DNA of 64,000 nt from an uncultured Collinsella sp. (lineage in GTDB: Bacteria > Actinomycetota > Coriobacteriia > Coriobacteriales > Coriobacteriaceae), in assembly GCA_965141635.1 (NCBI GenBank), contig CBCSNG010000005.1, forward strand, positions 28,706-92,705. The letters are read 5' to 3'. A program made the position numbers and the translations under genes. The notes beneath the pieces are model-generated. The model searched no databases, had not been told where the DNA came from, and saw nothing but the letters and a program-made list of their open reading frames with translations. Of the stretch, positions 29,749-39,626 are shown piece by piece (the stretch's first letter is position 1; the number at the start of each line of letters is the position of its first letter).

Positions 29749-31101
29749 GTGGCTAAGAAATCTACGGCTATCGATGTAACGCAGGGTGTTATTTGGCAGC
29801 AGCTGCTTTCGCTGTGCGTTCCCATCTTTTTTAGTTCGTTTTTTCAGCAGGCCTACACGCTCATCGGTACCTATATCGTCGGCCAGTTTGGCGGCAAACT
29901 CGCACTGGGTGGCATTCAAGCCACGATGGTGCTTACCGAGCTCTGCATTGGCTTTTGCGTTGGCGTTGGCGCCGGCTGCGCGGTCATTACCGGTCAGTAT
30001 TTTGGCCAGCACGATGATGAGCGGCTGAGTCGTTCGGTTCATACGGCCATGACGCTCGCGTTGGTGGGCGGTATCGTTTTCTCGATTCTTGGCATAGTGT
30101 TCGTTGAGCCCATGCTGGTGCTTATGAACACGCCGCATGAACTGTTGGCCGAGGGCGTGGCATATACTCGTTGCTATTTTGCCGCCATGGTTGCGGCGCT
30201 GCTGCTCAATATGGGAACGGCACTGCTGCGCGCCGTGGGCGACACGCGCGGACCTGCTGTGATTATCGCTTCCGGCTGCCTTGTTAATGCGGTGCTGGAT
30301 GTCATCTTCGTTGCCGTGCTTCATATGGAGGCTCTGGGCTGCGGTATCGCGGTGGCACTGACCATTTGCTCTAACGCCACGATGATCGTGATTCGTATGA
30401 TGCACGCACCGGGTGCGTGGCGGCTTTCACTGTCCAAACTCGGCATTGATCCTGGCATTTGCAAGAGCATGATCTCGTGTGGTCTGCCGCTTGGCTTTCA
30501 GTCTGCTGCGTATTCGATTTCCAACGTTTTGATTCAGGTGTCGGTCAATTCGTTTGGTGCCGATGTCACCACGGCGTGGGGTCTTTCGGGCCGCTTGGAT
30601 GGCATCGTCTGGATGGTTACCGAGGCGCTTGGCGTGTCGATCACCACGTTCTCGGCACAGAACTTTGGCGCGCGCAACTACGAGCGCATGCGCAAGGGCT
30701 ACCATACGTCGCTCGTGCTGTCGTTTATGCTCATTGGCGGCCTGTCTGCCGTGCTGCTGGTATTCTCGGGTCCGTTGTCGCGTCTGTTTGTCGACGATGC
30801 TTCGATTTCGGCGTATACCACGACGATTCTTCATTTCATTGCGCCGTTCTACGCGATTTTCTCGATTATCGAGAACGCGTCGGGCTCCATTCGTGGTGCC
30901 GGCGTGAGCTTGCAGCCCATGCTGCTCACGATTTTTGGCACCGTCGTGCTCAGGGTGATCTGGGTGTTTGCGATTATGCCGTTCGATCCGTCGCTTGAGC
31001 ACCTGCTGTTGGTTTACCCCGTAACCTGGCTCATCACGGCCACGATGTTCACCATCTACCACCACAGCGGCAACTGGCTCGGCCGCGCCACCGCCAAATG
31101 A
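29749..31101 (+). CDS. MATE family efflux transporter
   Basis: About 12 hydrophobic segments; LRAVGDTRGP and AQNFGA motifs. GTG follows GGAGGG. Confidence 0.93.
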   Translation: MAKKSTAIDVTQGVIWQQLLSLCVPIFFSSFFQQAYTLIGTYIVGQFGGKLALGGIQATMVLTELCIGFCVGVGAGCAVITGQYFGQHDDERLSRSVHTAMTLALVGGIVFSILGIVFVEPMLVLMNTPHELLAEGVAYTRCYFAAMVAALLLNMGTALLRAVGDTRGPAVIIASGCLVNAVLDVIFVAVLHMEALGCGIAVALTICSNATMIVIRMMHAPGAWRLSLSKLGIDPGICKSMISCGLPLGFQSAAYSISNVLIQVSVNSFGADVTTAWGLSGRLDGIVWMVTEALGVSITTFSAQNFGARNYERMRKGYHTSLVLSFMLIGGLSAVLLVFSGPLSRLFVDDASISAYTTTILHFIAPFYAIFSIIENASGSIRGAGVSLQPMLLTIFGTVVLRVIWVFAIMPFDPSLEHLLLVYPVTWLITATMFTIYHHSGNWLGRATAK

Positions 31102-31183
31102 TCCCTTGGGGACGGAGGAAAACGGATCATTTCTCTCCGTCGTGATGTCGATGATCCGTTTTCCTCCGTCCCCTTTGGATCAA
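31096..31183. repeat. Inverted doublet of GGGGAC-loop palindromes (REPIN-like); probable bidirectional terminator
   Basis: Perfect 23-bp IR 31108-31130/31151-31173; each arm also forms a TGATCC...GGATCA hairpin. Confidence 0.8.
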
Positions 31184-31669
31184 TTAGTATTCGATGCCTT
31201 GGCGGGCTAGGAGGCCTTCGTCGAAGTAGTGTTTGACGGGGCGCATTTCGGTTACTAGGTCGGCAAGGTCGGCGAGGGGCAGCAAGCCGCGGCCGGTGAG
31301 TACGAGTTCCGTGGCGGTCGGTTTCATCGCGATCAACGCTTCGACATCTTCGCGCGTCACAAAGCCCCGTCGCATGGCTTCCCCCAGCTCATCCAAGATC
31401 AGCACGTCGACCTGGCTAATCTGTTCGCGTGCGAGCTCCATGATCTGTGCGGCGCAAGCCTCGGGCGTGTCACGGTCGGCCTGTACAATGCGCAGTCCCA
31501 GGCGCGGTGCGGCATCGTGTTCGGCGCAGTGTAGCTTCTTGGCAAACTGCAGCATGAGCACGTTAAGTCCATAGCCCGTGGCGCGCAGCGCGAGCCCCAG
31601 CGCAGCCGTCGTCTTGCCCTTGCCGTCGCCCGTATAGATTTGAACCTTGCCGACTTCCAGTGATGCCAT
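31184..31669 (-). CDS. Cob(I)alamin adenosyltransferase CobO/BtuR family
   Basis: YTGDGKGKTTAALGLALRA, ILDE, ELVLTGR, ADLVTEM...GIEY. Confidence 0.93.
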   Translation of the reverse strand: MASLEVGKVQIYTGDGKGKTTAALGLALRATGYGLNVLMLQFAKKLHCAEHDAAPRLGLRIVQADRDTPEACAAQIMELAREQISQVDVLILDELGEAMRRGFVTREDVEALIAMKPTATELVLTGRGLLPLADLADLVTEMRPVKHYFDEGLLARQGIEY

Positions 31670-31694
31670 CTCTGTCCTTTCGTGCCCGGCGTCG

Positions 31695-31719
31695 GTTTAT
31701 CGCCGTTCGGGTTGGGTAT
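31695..31719 (+). promoter_or_regulatory. SigB/SigF-type promoter upstream of ftsH
   Basis: GTTTAT-N13-GGGTAT. Confidence 0.6.
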
Positions 31720-31746
31720 TCTAGATAGCATTATCAACCCCAGTAG

Positions 31747-33651
31747 ATGGAGTTCAAGCAGATGGAGATGGATGACAACAAACGTAGACGGAATATGATC
31801 CTCTACGTGCTCATCGCCTTCGTCGTCTACCTCGTGCTCTCGACCGTTCTGTTCCCCAACATCGGTCACACGCAGCAGATTACGAAGACCGATTATTCGA
31901 CGTTTGTCAAAGCGCTCGATAAGAAAAGCGTCGACAAGGTCGAGTACAACACGGATGATTACACGATTTATTACACCAAGAAGGGCGAGGACGAGAATAT
32001 CGCCTACAAGACGACCGGCGTGCCGAATGATGCGGGTTTTACCGATCGCGTGCTTGAATCCGGTGCGTCCCTGGAGTCGGTCGTTCCCGATAAAAACTCG
32101 GGTCTGATGACCTACTACCTTCTTACACTCATCCTTCCCATGGCGATTTTCTTCCTTATCGGTTGGTGGCTCAACCGCCGTATGAAGAAGGCCATGGGTG
32201 ATGACGGCCCGTCGATGAACTTTGGCGGCGGCTTTGGCGGCGGCGGACTGGGCAAGTCCGGCGCTCGCGTGATTGCCTCCAAGGATGTTGGCGTGACCTT
32301 TAAGGACGTCGCCGGCCAGGAAGAGGCCAAGGAGTCCCTCAAGGAGGTCGTCGACTTTCTGGAGAATCCGCAGCGCTACGAGGAGATCGGCGCCAAGCTT
32401 CCGCGCGGTGCTCTCCTTGTCGGTCCTCCGGGTACCGGTAAGACCCTGCTTGCCAAGGCTGTTGCCGGCGAGGCGGGCGTGCCGTTCTTTAGCATTTCGG
32501 GTTCTGAGTTCGTCGAGATGTTCGTCGGCCGCGGTGCCGCCAAGGTTCGTGACCTGTTTAAGCAGGCCAAGGAAAAGGCCCCGTGTATCGTCTTTATCGA
32601 TGAGATCGATACCATCGGCAAGAAGCGCGATGGCGGCGGCTTTAGTGGCAACGACGAGCGCGAGCAGACGCTCAACCAGCTGCTGACCGAGATGGACGGC
32701 TTCGATAACCACAAGGGCATCGTCGTCCTCGCTGCGACCAACCGTCCCGACAGCCTCGATCCCGCCCTGCTGCGCCCCGGTCGTTTTGACCGCCGCATTC
32801 CCGTTGAGCTGCCCGACCTGACTGGCCGCAAGAACATCCTCGAGCTGCATGCCAAGAGCGTGAAGACGCAGCCGCCGATCGACCTGACCGCTATTGCCCG
32901 CGCCACGCCCGGTGCCTCGGGCGCCGACCTTGCCAATATCATCAACGAGGGTGCCCTGCGCGCTGTTCGCGAAGGCCGCAAGCGCGCGACCCAGGACGAC
33001 TTCGAGGAGTCGGTGGAGGTCGTCATTGCCGGCCAGCAGCGTAAGTCCACGGTGCTTTCCGACCACGAGAAGCAGGTCGTTTCCTACCACGAGATCGGTC
33101 ATGCCATCGTCGCTGCCCGCCAAAAGGGTTCCGCGCCGGTTACCAAGATCACCATCGTGCCGCGCACGAGCGGCGCTCTGGGCTACACCATGCAGGTCGA
33201 GGAGGACGAGCGCTTCCTGACCACGCGCCAGGAGGTCCTGGACAAGCTCGCCGTCTACTGCGGTGGACGTGCCGCGGAGGAGCTCATCTTTGGCGAGATG
33301 ACGACCGGCGCCGCCAACGATATCGAGCAGGCCACCAAGCTCGCCCGCAACATGGTGACGCGCTTTGGTATGTCCGACGAGTTTGGCATGATGGCGCTCG
33401 GTACCGTGCAGAACGCGTATCTCAATCAGGACACGTCGCTCACCTGCGCACCCGGTACGGCCGAGCGTGTGGACGCGATTGTCGCTAAGCTGATCGAGGA
33501 CGCGCACGATCGCGCCCTGCAGATCCTCAAGGAGAACAAGTTTAAGCTCCACGAGCTGGCTCGTTATCTGTACAAGAAGGAGACCATCACGGGCGAGGAG
33601 TTCATGAACCTCCTTACGCGCGAGAATCCGCTGATGCCTAAGCAGCAGTAG
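31747..33651 (+). CDS. ftsH: ATP-dependent zinc metalloprotease FtsH
   Basis: Two N-terminal TMs, [17 protein letters not shown] region, HEIGH zinc motif. Start may be 31762. Confidence 0.97.
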   Translation: MEFKQMEMDDNKRRRNMILYVLIAFVVYLVLSTVLFPNIGHTQQITKTDYSTFVKALDKKSVDKVEYNTDDYTIYYTKKGEDENIAYKTTGVPNDAGFTDRVLESGASLESVVPDKNSGLMTYYLLTLILPMAIFFLIGWWLNRRMKKAMGDDGPSMNFGGGFGGGGLGKSGARVIASKDVGVTFKDVAGQEEAKESLKEVVDFLENPQRYEEIGAKLPRGALLVGPPGTGKTLLAKAVAGEAGVPFFSISGSEFVEMFVGRGAAKVRDLFKQAKEKAPCIVFIDEIDTIGKKRDGGGFSGNDEREQTLNQLLTEMDGFDNHKGIVVLAATNRPDSLDPALLRPGRFDRRIPVELPDLTGRKNILELHAKSVKTQPPIDLTAIARATPGASGADLANIINEGALRAVREGRKRATQDDFEESVEVVIAGQQRKSTVLSDHEKQVVSYHEIGHAIVAARQKGSAPVTKITIVPRTSGALGYTMQVEEDERFLTTRQEVLDKLAVYCGGRAAEELIFGEMTTGAANDIEQATKLARNMVTRFGMSDEFGMMALGTVQNAYLNQDTSLTCAPGTAERVDAIVAKLIEDAHDRALQILKENKFKLHELARYLYKKETITGEEFMNLLTRENPLMPKQQ

Positions 33652-33677
33652 CGTTGCATTCGGGACAGTAAATATCG

Positions 33678-33715
33678 ACGCCCCATTTGAGTGCCTATCT
33701 CAAATGGGGCGTTTT
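33678..33715 (+). terminator. Terminator hairpin after ftsH
   Basis: 14-bp stem acgccccatttgag/ctcaaatggggcgt plus T run. Confidence 0.75.
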
Positions 33716-33732
33716 GCTTGGGAGGGATATGT

Positions 33733-34188
33733 ATGAAGATCGTGGTGAGTGCCTGTTTGATGGGCGAGAGCTGCAAGTATAACGGGCTCGACAACTACCT
33801 TCGCGAGCTGGTCGAGGCTTGCGAGCGCACGGGAATCGAGGTCCTGTTGGTGTGCCCCGAGGTTTTTGGCGGTCTTCCGACGCCGCGCAAGCCGTCCGAG
33901 ATCGTGAACGGCGAGGTCCGTACCTGCGAGGGCGTGTCCGTTGACCGGGAATTCCGCCTGGGCGCTCAACGTGCGCTCGACATGTGCGAGCAGGCGGGCG
34001 GCCCTTCTGAGATTGCTGTGTGCATCTTGCAGGACCGCAGTCCCTCGTGCGGCGCGGGTCGCATCTACGACGGAACCTTTAGCGGTACGCTCACCGCGGG
34101 CAACGGCGTTTTCGTCGATCTGTTGCTGCGTCACGGCTACCGCGTCATTCCGGCTAGCGAGTTCGACCCCAAAATACTTGAGCAATAA
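33733..34188 (+). CDS. DUF523 family (TudS-like thiouracil desulfidase fold)
   Basis: VSACLMG, VCPEVFGGL.TPR, RSPSCG motifs. Confidence 0.88.
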   Translation: MKIVVSACLMGESCKYNGLDNYLRELVEACERTGIEVLLVCPEVFGGLPTPRKPSEIVNGEVRTCEGVSVDREFRLGAQRALDMCEQAGGPSEIAVCILQDRSPSCGAGRIYDGTFSGTLTAGNGVFVDLLLRHGYRVIPASEFDPKILEQ

Positions 34189-34231
34189 AAAACCACCACA
34201 AAGGTGCCTGTCCCCTTTGTGGTGGTTTTGG
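34188..34231. repeat. 44-bp GGGGAC-loop palindrome, copy 1; bidirectional terminator-like
   Basis: aaaaaccaccacaaaggtgcctgtcccctttgtggtggttttgg; exact reverse complement at 42024..42067. Confidence 0.9.
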
Positions 34232-34238
34232 GTTAGAG

Positions 34239-35321
34239 CTAGAGCGTGTGTCCGTAGGCGTTGGCGGCCTTGATGGCGGCGGCGAACTTCTCGTCGGTGA
34301 AGGGCTCCGGGTTACCCTGCTTCCACTCGTTGGTGGCGTGGGCATTCTCACACAGCGCCGGGATGTCGGCCTCGGTAAGGCCGACCTGCTCAAGCGTCAC
34401 GGGCAGCCCCATCTGCTTGTTAAAGGCAGCGTAGTGCTTAAGGTTCTCGGTGTCGCCCGTGTAGGCGAACAGCACGAGCACGCCCAGGCTTACGACCTCG
34501 CCGTGCAGGTAGGTGCCCTCGCGCGGAATGCTGCAGGTGGCGTTGTAGAACGCGTGCGCCACGCTCGAGTTGTAGTAGTAATCGTTTTGGTTGGTCAGGT
34601 TGGAGACGTAGCCCGTGTTGACCACGATGTCGAGCGCGATCTGCTTGACGGCCTCGCTCGACAGGTTCTGGCGCACGTCCTCAAGACCCTGGACGCCATA
34701 GGTAAACAGTGGCTCGGAACAGGTGTGGGCGAGCGCCAGGCCAAGACCGGCGGTGTGCTCCAGGTTGCCGGCGCTCGTGGCGTACTCGACCTCGGGCTGT
34801 TTAGACAGGGCATCGCCCACGCCGGCCCAGAAGTACTCTGCCGGTGCCTCGGCGATGATCTTGGGGTTGATGAAGATGTGCGCCGGTCTGTTGGGGTACG
34901 AATAGCCCTCGAGCGAGCCGTCGTCGTTATACACGACGGCAATGGCGGTCGCGGCCGAGCAGTTGGAGCAGATCGTCGGCACCGTAAAGACGATCTTCTT
35001 GAGCTCGATGGCCGCCGTCTTCACGGTATCGAGCGCCTTGCCGCCGCCACAGGCAATGAGCACGTCGGCTTCCTGGCAGGCAGGGGAGTTCACGACCTTG
35101 GCGATATTGGCACGCGTACTGTTGGTACCGTAGACGCGCGTCTCCAGAATCTCGACGTCGGTACCTGCCAGCGCAGCTTCGATACCGGGAAGTGCTGCGG
35201 CCAGTGCCCGCTTGCCACCGATGATCGCGACCTTGGTCGCGCCGTACTCCGCCAGTGCGGCGGGCAGCTCGTCAAAGCAATCCTCGCCAACGGTGTAGTC
35301 GCTCATTCCAATCGTGCGCAT
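34239..35321 (-). CDS. Glycerol dehydrogenase-like (iron-containing ADH family) oxidoreductase
   Basis: GGGKALDTVK, PTICSNCSA, GVGDALSK, VAHA and LHGEVV motifs. Confidence 0.88.
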   Translation of the reverse strand: MRTIGMSDYTVGEDCFDELPAALAEYGATKVAIIGGKRALAAALPGIEAALAGTDVEILETRVYGTNSTRANIAKVVNSPACQEADVLIACGGGKALDTVKTAAIELKKIVFTVPTICSNCSAATAIAVVYNDDGSLEGYSYPNRPAHIFINPKIIAEAPAEYFWAGVGDALSKQPEVEYATSAGNLEHTAGLGLALAHTCSEPLFTYGVQGLEDVRQNLSSEAVKQIALDIVVNTGYVSNLTNQNDYYYNSSVAHAFYNATCSIPREGTYLHGEVVSLGVLVLFAYTGDTENLKHYAAFNKQMGLPVTLEQVGLTEADIPALCENAHATNEWKQGNPEPFTDEKFAAAIKAANAYGHTL

Positions 35322-35462
35322 AGCAACCTTCTTTCGTTCGATAGAGTGCTTTCAGGTATTTTGCTCCTAGAGCAGGGCTGTAATAGCGAGAAATTTCGAA
35401 CGTATAAAACCAGTGTTGAGGGTTTTTAGCCGGCGCGGAACGTGCTAGCATACTCCGCATAA

Positions 35463-35764
35463 GCGTTGATGGGGACGAGTAGTCGGCCGTCCGCATGCTA
35501 CAGAGAGCGGGGAGCGCTGAGAACCCGTGCATGCGACCGATGAAAATCACCCCGGAGCTGCGGTCCCAACGGACGTACCGCGCAGGTTCGTCTTAGTAGA
35601 CATCGCCGAGATGGTCGTCGATACAGGCCAGCCGAGTAACGGATGCGAGCGCGCGAATACGCGGGCGAGGGCATCTAAGCTGGGTGGTTAAGCGAAGAGC
35701 TTTTGCGGGCGTGCAGCCCGTTTTGTGGCGCTTCGTCCCAGCTTGCAGGGACGGGCGCTTTTTT
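35463..35764 (+). promoter_or_regulatory. T-box riboswitch (Ile), transcription-attenuation type
   Basis: Stem I with AGAGA and GCTGAGA boxes; specifier ATC at 35546-35548; antiterminator gctggg[TGGTTAA]gcgaag...cttcgtcccagc; terminator 35728-35764 with T6. Confidence 0.9.
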
Positions 35765-35807
35765 GGTGCCCAACGGGCGTGCGCGCCCATGACAAGAAAG
35801 GGGTACC

Positions 35808-38609
35808 GTGGCAAACGAGTACAAGCAGACGATGAATCTGCCCAAAACCGGATTTCCCATGCGTGCCGGTCTTTCCAAGTCCGAGCCCAAGCGACTCAAG
35901 GACTGGCAGGACAACAAGGTCTACGAGCAAGTTTTAAAGAAGAACGAGGGTCACAAGAAGTTCGTGCTGCACGACGGCCCTCCGTACGCCAACGGCCCGA
36001 TCCACATCGGCCATGCCATGAATAAGATCTCCAAGGACATGATCAACCGTTACTGGATGATGCAGGGCTATGAGGTTCCCTATGTCCCCGGTTGGGACTG
36101 CCACGGTCAGCCGATCGAGCACAAGGTCGAGGAGAAGCTCGGCACCGAGAAGTTCAACCAGACCTCCACGGCTAAGATCCGCGAGCTTTGCAACAAGTTC
36201 GCTGTCGAGAACATCGAGCTGCAGAAGGCCGGCTTCCGTCGCCTGGGCGTGCTCGGCGACTGGGACAATCCCTATCTGACGCTCTATCACCAGCATGACG
36301 CCGCCGACATCGAGGTCTTCAAGGCCATGTTCGACAAGGGCATGATCTATCGCGGCCACAAGCCCGTCCACTGGTGCAAGCACTGCCACACTGCACTCGC
36401 CGAGGCCGAGATTGAGTACTCCGACGAGACGAGCCCCTCCATCTTCGTGCGCTTTGAGATGACCTCCAAGCCCGCCGGCCTCGAGAACTTCGACGGCCCG
36501 GTTGACTTTATCATCTGGACGACCACGCCGTGGACCATCCCCTCCGACCAGGCAGTTTCCCTCAAGCCCGGCGCCGCTTACGTCGCCGTTGAGCACGACG
36601 GCCGCGCCGAGGTCATGCTCGAGGACCTGGCTCCCAAGTGCTGCGAGGAGTTCGGTTGGGAGTACACCCCGGTCATGGTCGACGGCAAGCCCTATGTGGT
36701 TCCCGCCGAGACCTTCCACCACATCCATTACAAGCAGCCGGTCTTTGACGGTGTCGAGGGCGTGGCGCTGCTGGCCGATTACGTCGGTGTCGACGACGGT
36801 ACCGGTATCGTCCACAACTCGCCCGGCCATGGCGTCGACGACTACTTTGCCTGCCTCAAGGAGGGCATCACCGACATCTGCATGCCGGTCGATGACGACG
36901 GCAAGTTCTACACCGGTGAGGAGTTTGGCACCGGTGGCCCCTTCAGCGGTATGGATACCGATGAGGCCAACCCGCACATCATCGAGTTCCTGCGCGAGCG
37001 CGGCACCCTGGTCCTCGAGAAGAAGATCACGCACAGCTATCCGCACTGCTGGCGCTGCAAGCACCCGGTGCTCTTCCGTGCTACCGACCAGTGGTTTGTC
37101 TCGATGGACAAGACCGGTTTGCGCGAGCAGGCTGGCAAAGAGGTCCGCGAGAACGTCAAGTGGTATCCGGCCCATGCCGCCAACCGCATTGGCGCCATGG
37201 TCGAGCAGCGTCCCGACTGGTGCATCAGCCGTCAGCGCAACTGGGGCGTGCCCATCCCCAGCTACACCTGCGCCGACTGCGGCGAGAAGGTCATGAACGA
37301 TGCCACGCTCGACGCCGTCATCAAGCTCTTCCACGAGAAGGGCTCCGACGCCTGGTTCACCGACGCTCCCGAGAGCTACCTGGGTGAGGCCTGCGTCTGC
37401 CCCAAGTGCGGCGGCCATCACCTCAAGGCCGATAAGGACATCCTCGACGTGTGGTGGGATTCCGGCGTGTCCTGGAAGGCCGTCTGCGAGTACCGTCCCG
37501 AGCTGGAGTATCCGGCGGACGTGTATCTTGAGGGCTCCGACCAGCACCGCGGTTGGTTCCAGAGCTCGCTGCTCACCTCGGTGGGTGCCAATGGTCACGC
37601 CCCGTACAAGGCGGTCGTCTCGCAGGGCTTCACCCTCGACGGCCAGGGCCGCAAGATGTCCAAGTCGCTCGGCAACGTCATCGACCCCAACAAGGTCTGC
37701 GACGAGATGGGCGCCGACATCATCCGCCTGTGGGTCGCCTCGGTCGATACCAGCTCCGACGTGTCCATCGACCACGAGATCCTTGCTCGTACGTCCGATG
37801 CCTACCGTCGTTTCCGCAACACGCTGCGCTTCCTGCTCTCCGAGCTCGAGGGTCAGTTTGAGCCCGAGACCGACGGCGTCGCCTTTGCCGACCTGCTGCC
37901 GCTCGACAAGCTCATGGTTGCCCGCCTGACCCAGGTCCAGGCCGAGGTCGACGACGCTTACTCCTGCTACGAGTTCCCGCGCGCCTACCGTGCGCTTTAC
38001 GACTTTGTGGTTACCGAGCTCTCCAACGTGTACCTCGACGCCCTGAAGGATCGTCTGTACTGCGAGAAGCCCGGCTCGCTCGAGCGCCGCAGCGCTCAGA
38101 CCGTGCTCGCCGAGCTCTTCTCGATGCTCATGCGCGATCTGCAGCCGATCTTGTCCTACACCGTCGACGAGGCCATGGCCTATGCGCCCGCCGGCTGCGT
38201 TGATCACCAGAATTACGCCGCGCTGCTCGATTGGTACAAGTCGCCTATCACGGTCGACGAGGCCAATGAGTTTGAGGGCGTGCTCGAGGCTTCGCTCGAG
38301 CTCCGTAGCGCCGTGACCAAGGCCCTTGAGGATGCCCGTTCTGCCGGCACCTTCACCAAGAGCCAGCAGGTTCGCGTCAAGGCGGTCGTTCCCGCCGAGA
38401 TGTATGCGCTGTTGACCGGCGACAAAGCCGTCGACCTGGCCGAGTTCTACATCGTCTCCGATGTTGAGCTGACCCAGGGCGAGGAGCTTTCCGTTGCTAT
38501 TGAGGCTGCCGAGGGCGAGTGCTGCGACCGTTGCTGGAACTATCGCACCACTGTCGGCGAGTACAACGGCCACGCGCATATTTGCAAGCGCTGCGCTGAT
38601 GCGCTGTAG
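35808..38609 (+). CDS. ileS: Isoleucine--tRNA ligase (type 1)
   Basis: TMNLPKT, HIGH, WTTTPWT, KMSKS; C-terminal CDRCW...CKRC zinc finger. Confidence 0.99.
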   Translation: MANEYKQTMNLPKTGFPMRAGLSKSEPKRLKDWQDNKVYEQVLKKNEGHKKFVLHDGPPYANGPIHIGHAMNKISKDMINRYWMMQGYEVPYVPGWDCHGQPIEHKVEEKLGTEKFNQTSTAKIRELCNKFAVENIELQKAGFRRLGVLGDWDNPYLTLYHQHDAADIEVFKAMFDKGMIYRGHKPVHWCKHCHTALAEAEIEYSDETSPSIFVRFEMTSKPAGLENFDGPVDFIIWTTTPWTIPSDQAVSLKPGAAYVAVEHDGRAEVMLEDLAPKCCEEFGWEYTPVMVDGKPYVVPAETFHHIHYKQPVFDGVEGVALLADYVGVDDGTGIVHNSPGHGVDDYFACLKEGITDICMPVDDDGKFYTGEEFGTGGPFSGMDTDEANPHIIEFLRERGTLVLEKKITHSYPHCWRCKHPVLFRATDQWFVSMDKTGLREQAGKEVRENVKWYPAHAANRIGAMVEQRPDWCISRQRNWGVPIPSYTCADCGEKVMNDATLDAVIKLFHEKGSDAWFTDAPESYLGEACVCPKCGGHHLKADKDILDVWWDSGVSWKAVCEYRPELEYPADVYLEGSDQHRGWFQSSLLTSVGANGHAPYKAVVSQGFTLDGQGRKMSKSLGNVIDPNKVCDEMGADIIRLWVASVDTSSDVSIDHEILARTSDAYRRFRNTLRFLLSELEGQFEPETDGVAFADLLPLDKLMVARLTQVQAEVDDAYSCYEFPRAYRALYDFVVTELSNVYLDALKDRLYCEKPGSLERRSAQTVLAELFSMLMRDLQPILSYTVDEAMAYAPAGCVDHQNYAALLDWYKSPITVDEANEFEGVLEASLELRSAVTKALEDARSAGTFTKSQQVRVKAVVPAEMYALLTGDKAVDLAEFYIVSDVELTQGEELSVAIEAAEGECCDRCWNYRTTVGEYNGHAHICKRCADAL

Positions 38610-38640
38610 GTTACGGCGTTCGTAGAACGCCGTAACCTAC
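38606..38640. repeat. Perfect GTAG...CTAC hairpin overlapping ileS stop
   Basis: gtaggttacggcgttc-gta-gaacgccgtaacctac, 16-bp stem. Confidence 0.8.
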
Positions 38641-38779
38641 CGACGCTGTAAACGCCCCTAAGCGGCAACCTGACGTTCAATCGTCGGTCGCGTACCAAAG
38701 TACGCTTCCCTCCTCTTTCACGTCACCTTGCTCGCTTAGGGACGTTTTCGCTGTTGACGACGGTAATGCGGCGTTTCTA
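38623..38779. repeat. ~157-bp TA-ended imperfect palindromic element (MITE-like)
   Basis: Nested arms: tagaacgccg/cggcgtttcta, ccctaagcg/cgcttaggg, gcaa/ttgc, tgacgt/acgtca, gcgtac-caaa-gtacgc. Confidence 0.6.
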
Positions 38780-38805
38780 TTGTTGGAACTAGAGCCTTTT
38801 CTTTC

Positions 38806-38861
38806 TAGTCGTTGGGGACGTTCTTAAGCGACTAGTCACACAAGAACGTCCCCAACGACTA
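38806..38861. repeat. Inverted doublet of GGGGAC-loop palindromes
   Basis: Perfect 20-bp IR tagtcgttggggacgttctt/aagaacgtccccaacgacta. Confidence 0.85.
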
Positions 38862-38875
38862 TCTGTGTCACATTC

Positions 38876-38914
38876 AAGCGGCATTCTGTTTTTCGGAATG
38901 CCGCTTTCGTTTTT
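38876..38914 (+). terminator. Intrinsic terminator downstream of ileS
   Basis: aagcggcattctg-ttttt-cggaatgccgctt plus T-rich tail. Confidence 0.75.
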
Positions 38915-39026
38915 AGCTGGTTATTTCGCTAGCGTTGGTGAATATGCTGCGCGTTTGGCGTTTGTCACTATAAGATGATTACTTGCGTTAAACGTATTTC
39001 GATGTTCTTGAGGGTAGGGGATTTCT

Positions 39027-39626
39027 TTGGGTCGTGGTGCGGATATGACGCCGCCTTTGCGTTGGCGGTTAGGTGTTGCTGGTGGGGTGGCGCTCGTTGT
39101 GTTGCTTGTTGACCAGCTGACCAAGCTTGCGGTTCGTGCCGTGGGCGATGCCCTGCATATGACCGTTATCCCCGGCGTGATCGATTTTCTGTTTGTCCGC
39201 AATATCGGAGCCGCCTTTAGCATGGGCGAGGGGCATGGCATCGCGTTTGCCGTGCTGGCGTTGGCGGTCATTATCGCTATTGCGGTGTACCTCGTTCGTG
39301 CACCCCAGCTCGCCCATCTTGAGGTTGTGGGCATGGCGATGGTTGCGGGCGGCGCCATTGGCAACGCCATCGATCGCCTTGTCTTTGGTTTCGTGACCGA
39401 TTTTATTGCCACCACCTTCATCGACTTCCCCGTCTTTAACGTGGCCGATATCGGCATTACGGTCGGCGTCGTCATCGCCCTCTTCGGCTACATGTTCTTG
39501 AGCCCCGCTGCCCGTGAGGTGGATGCGACTACAGAGCTCAACGCCCGTGACGAGGCCCGCGCCAAACGCAAAGCTAAGCAACGTGGGGAGCGTGCCCGCA
39601 AGATTCGCGAAAGGAATGAGCGCTAA
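39027..39626 (+). CDS. lspA: Lipoprotein signal peptidase II
   Basis: DQLTK, NIGAAFS, GGAIGNAIDRL, VTDFI, FNVAD. Start is 39027 or 39045. Confidence 0.96.
   Translation: MGRGADMTPPLRWRLGVAGGVALVVLLVDQLTKLAVRAVGDALHMTVIPGVIDFLFVRNIGAAFSMGEGHGIAFAVLALAVIIAIAVYLVRAPQLAHLEVVGMAMVAGGAIGNAIDRLVFGFVTDFIATTFIDFPVFNVADIGITVGVVIALFGYMFLSPAAREVDATTELNARDEARAKRKAKQRGERARKIRERNER

Noticed and set aside
35471..35476. GGGGAC at the T-box 5' end (also 62036-62041) as repeat-family members
   Set aside because: The first is explained by T-box stem I pairing; the second has no enclosing stem.
38606..38914. Possible CRISPR array in the repeat-rich ileS-lspA spacer
   Set aside because: Repeats are inverted and dissimilar, with no repeat-spacer periodicity and no cas genes.
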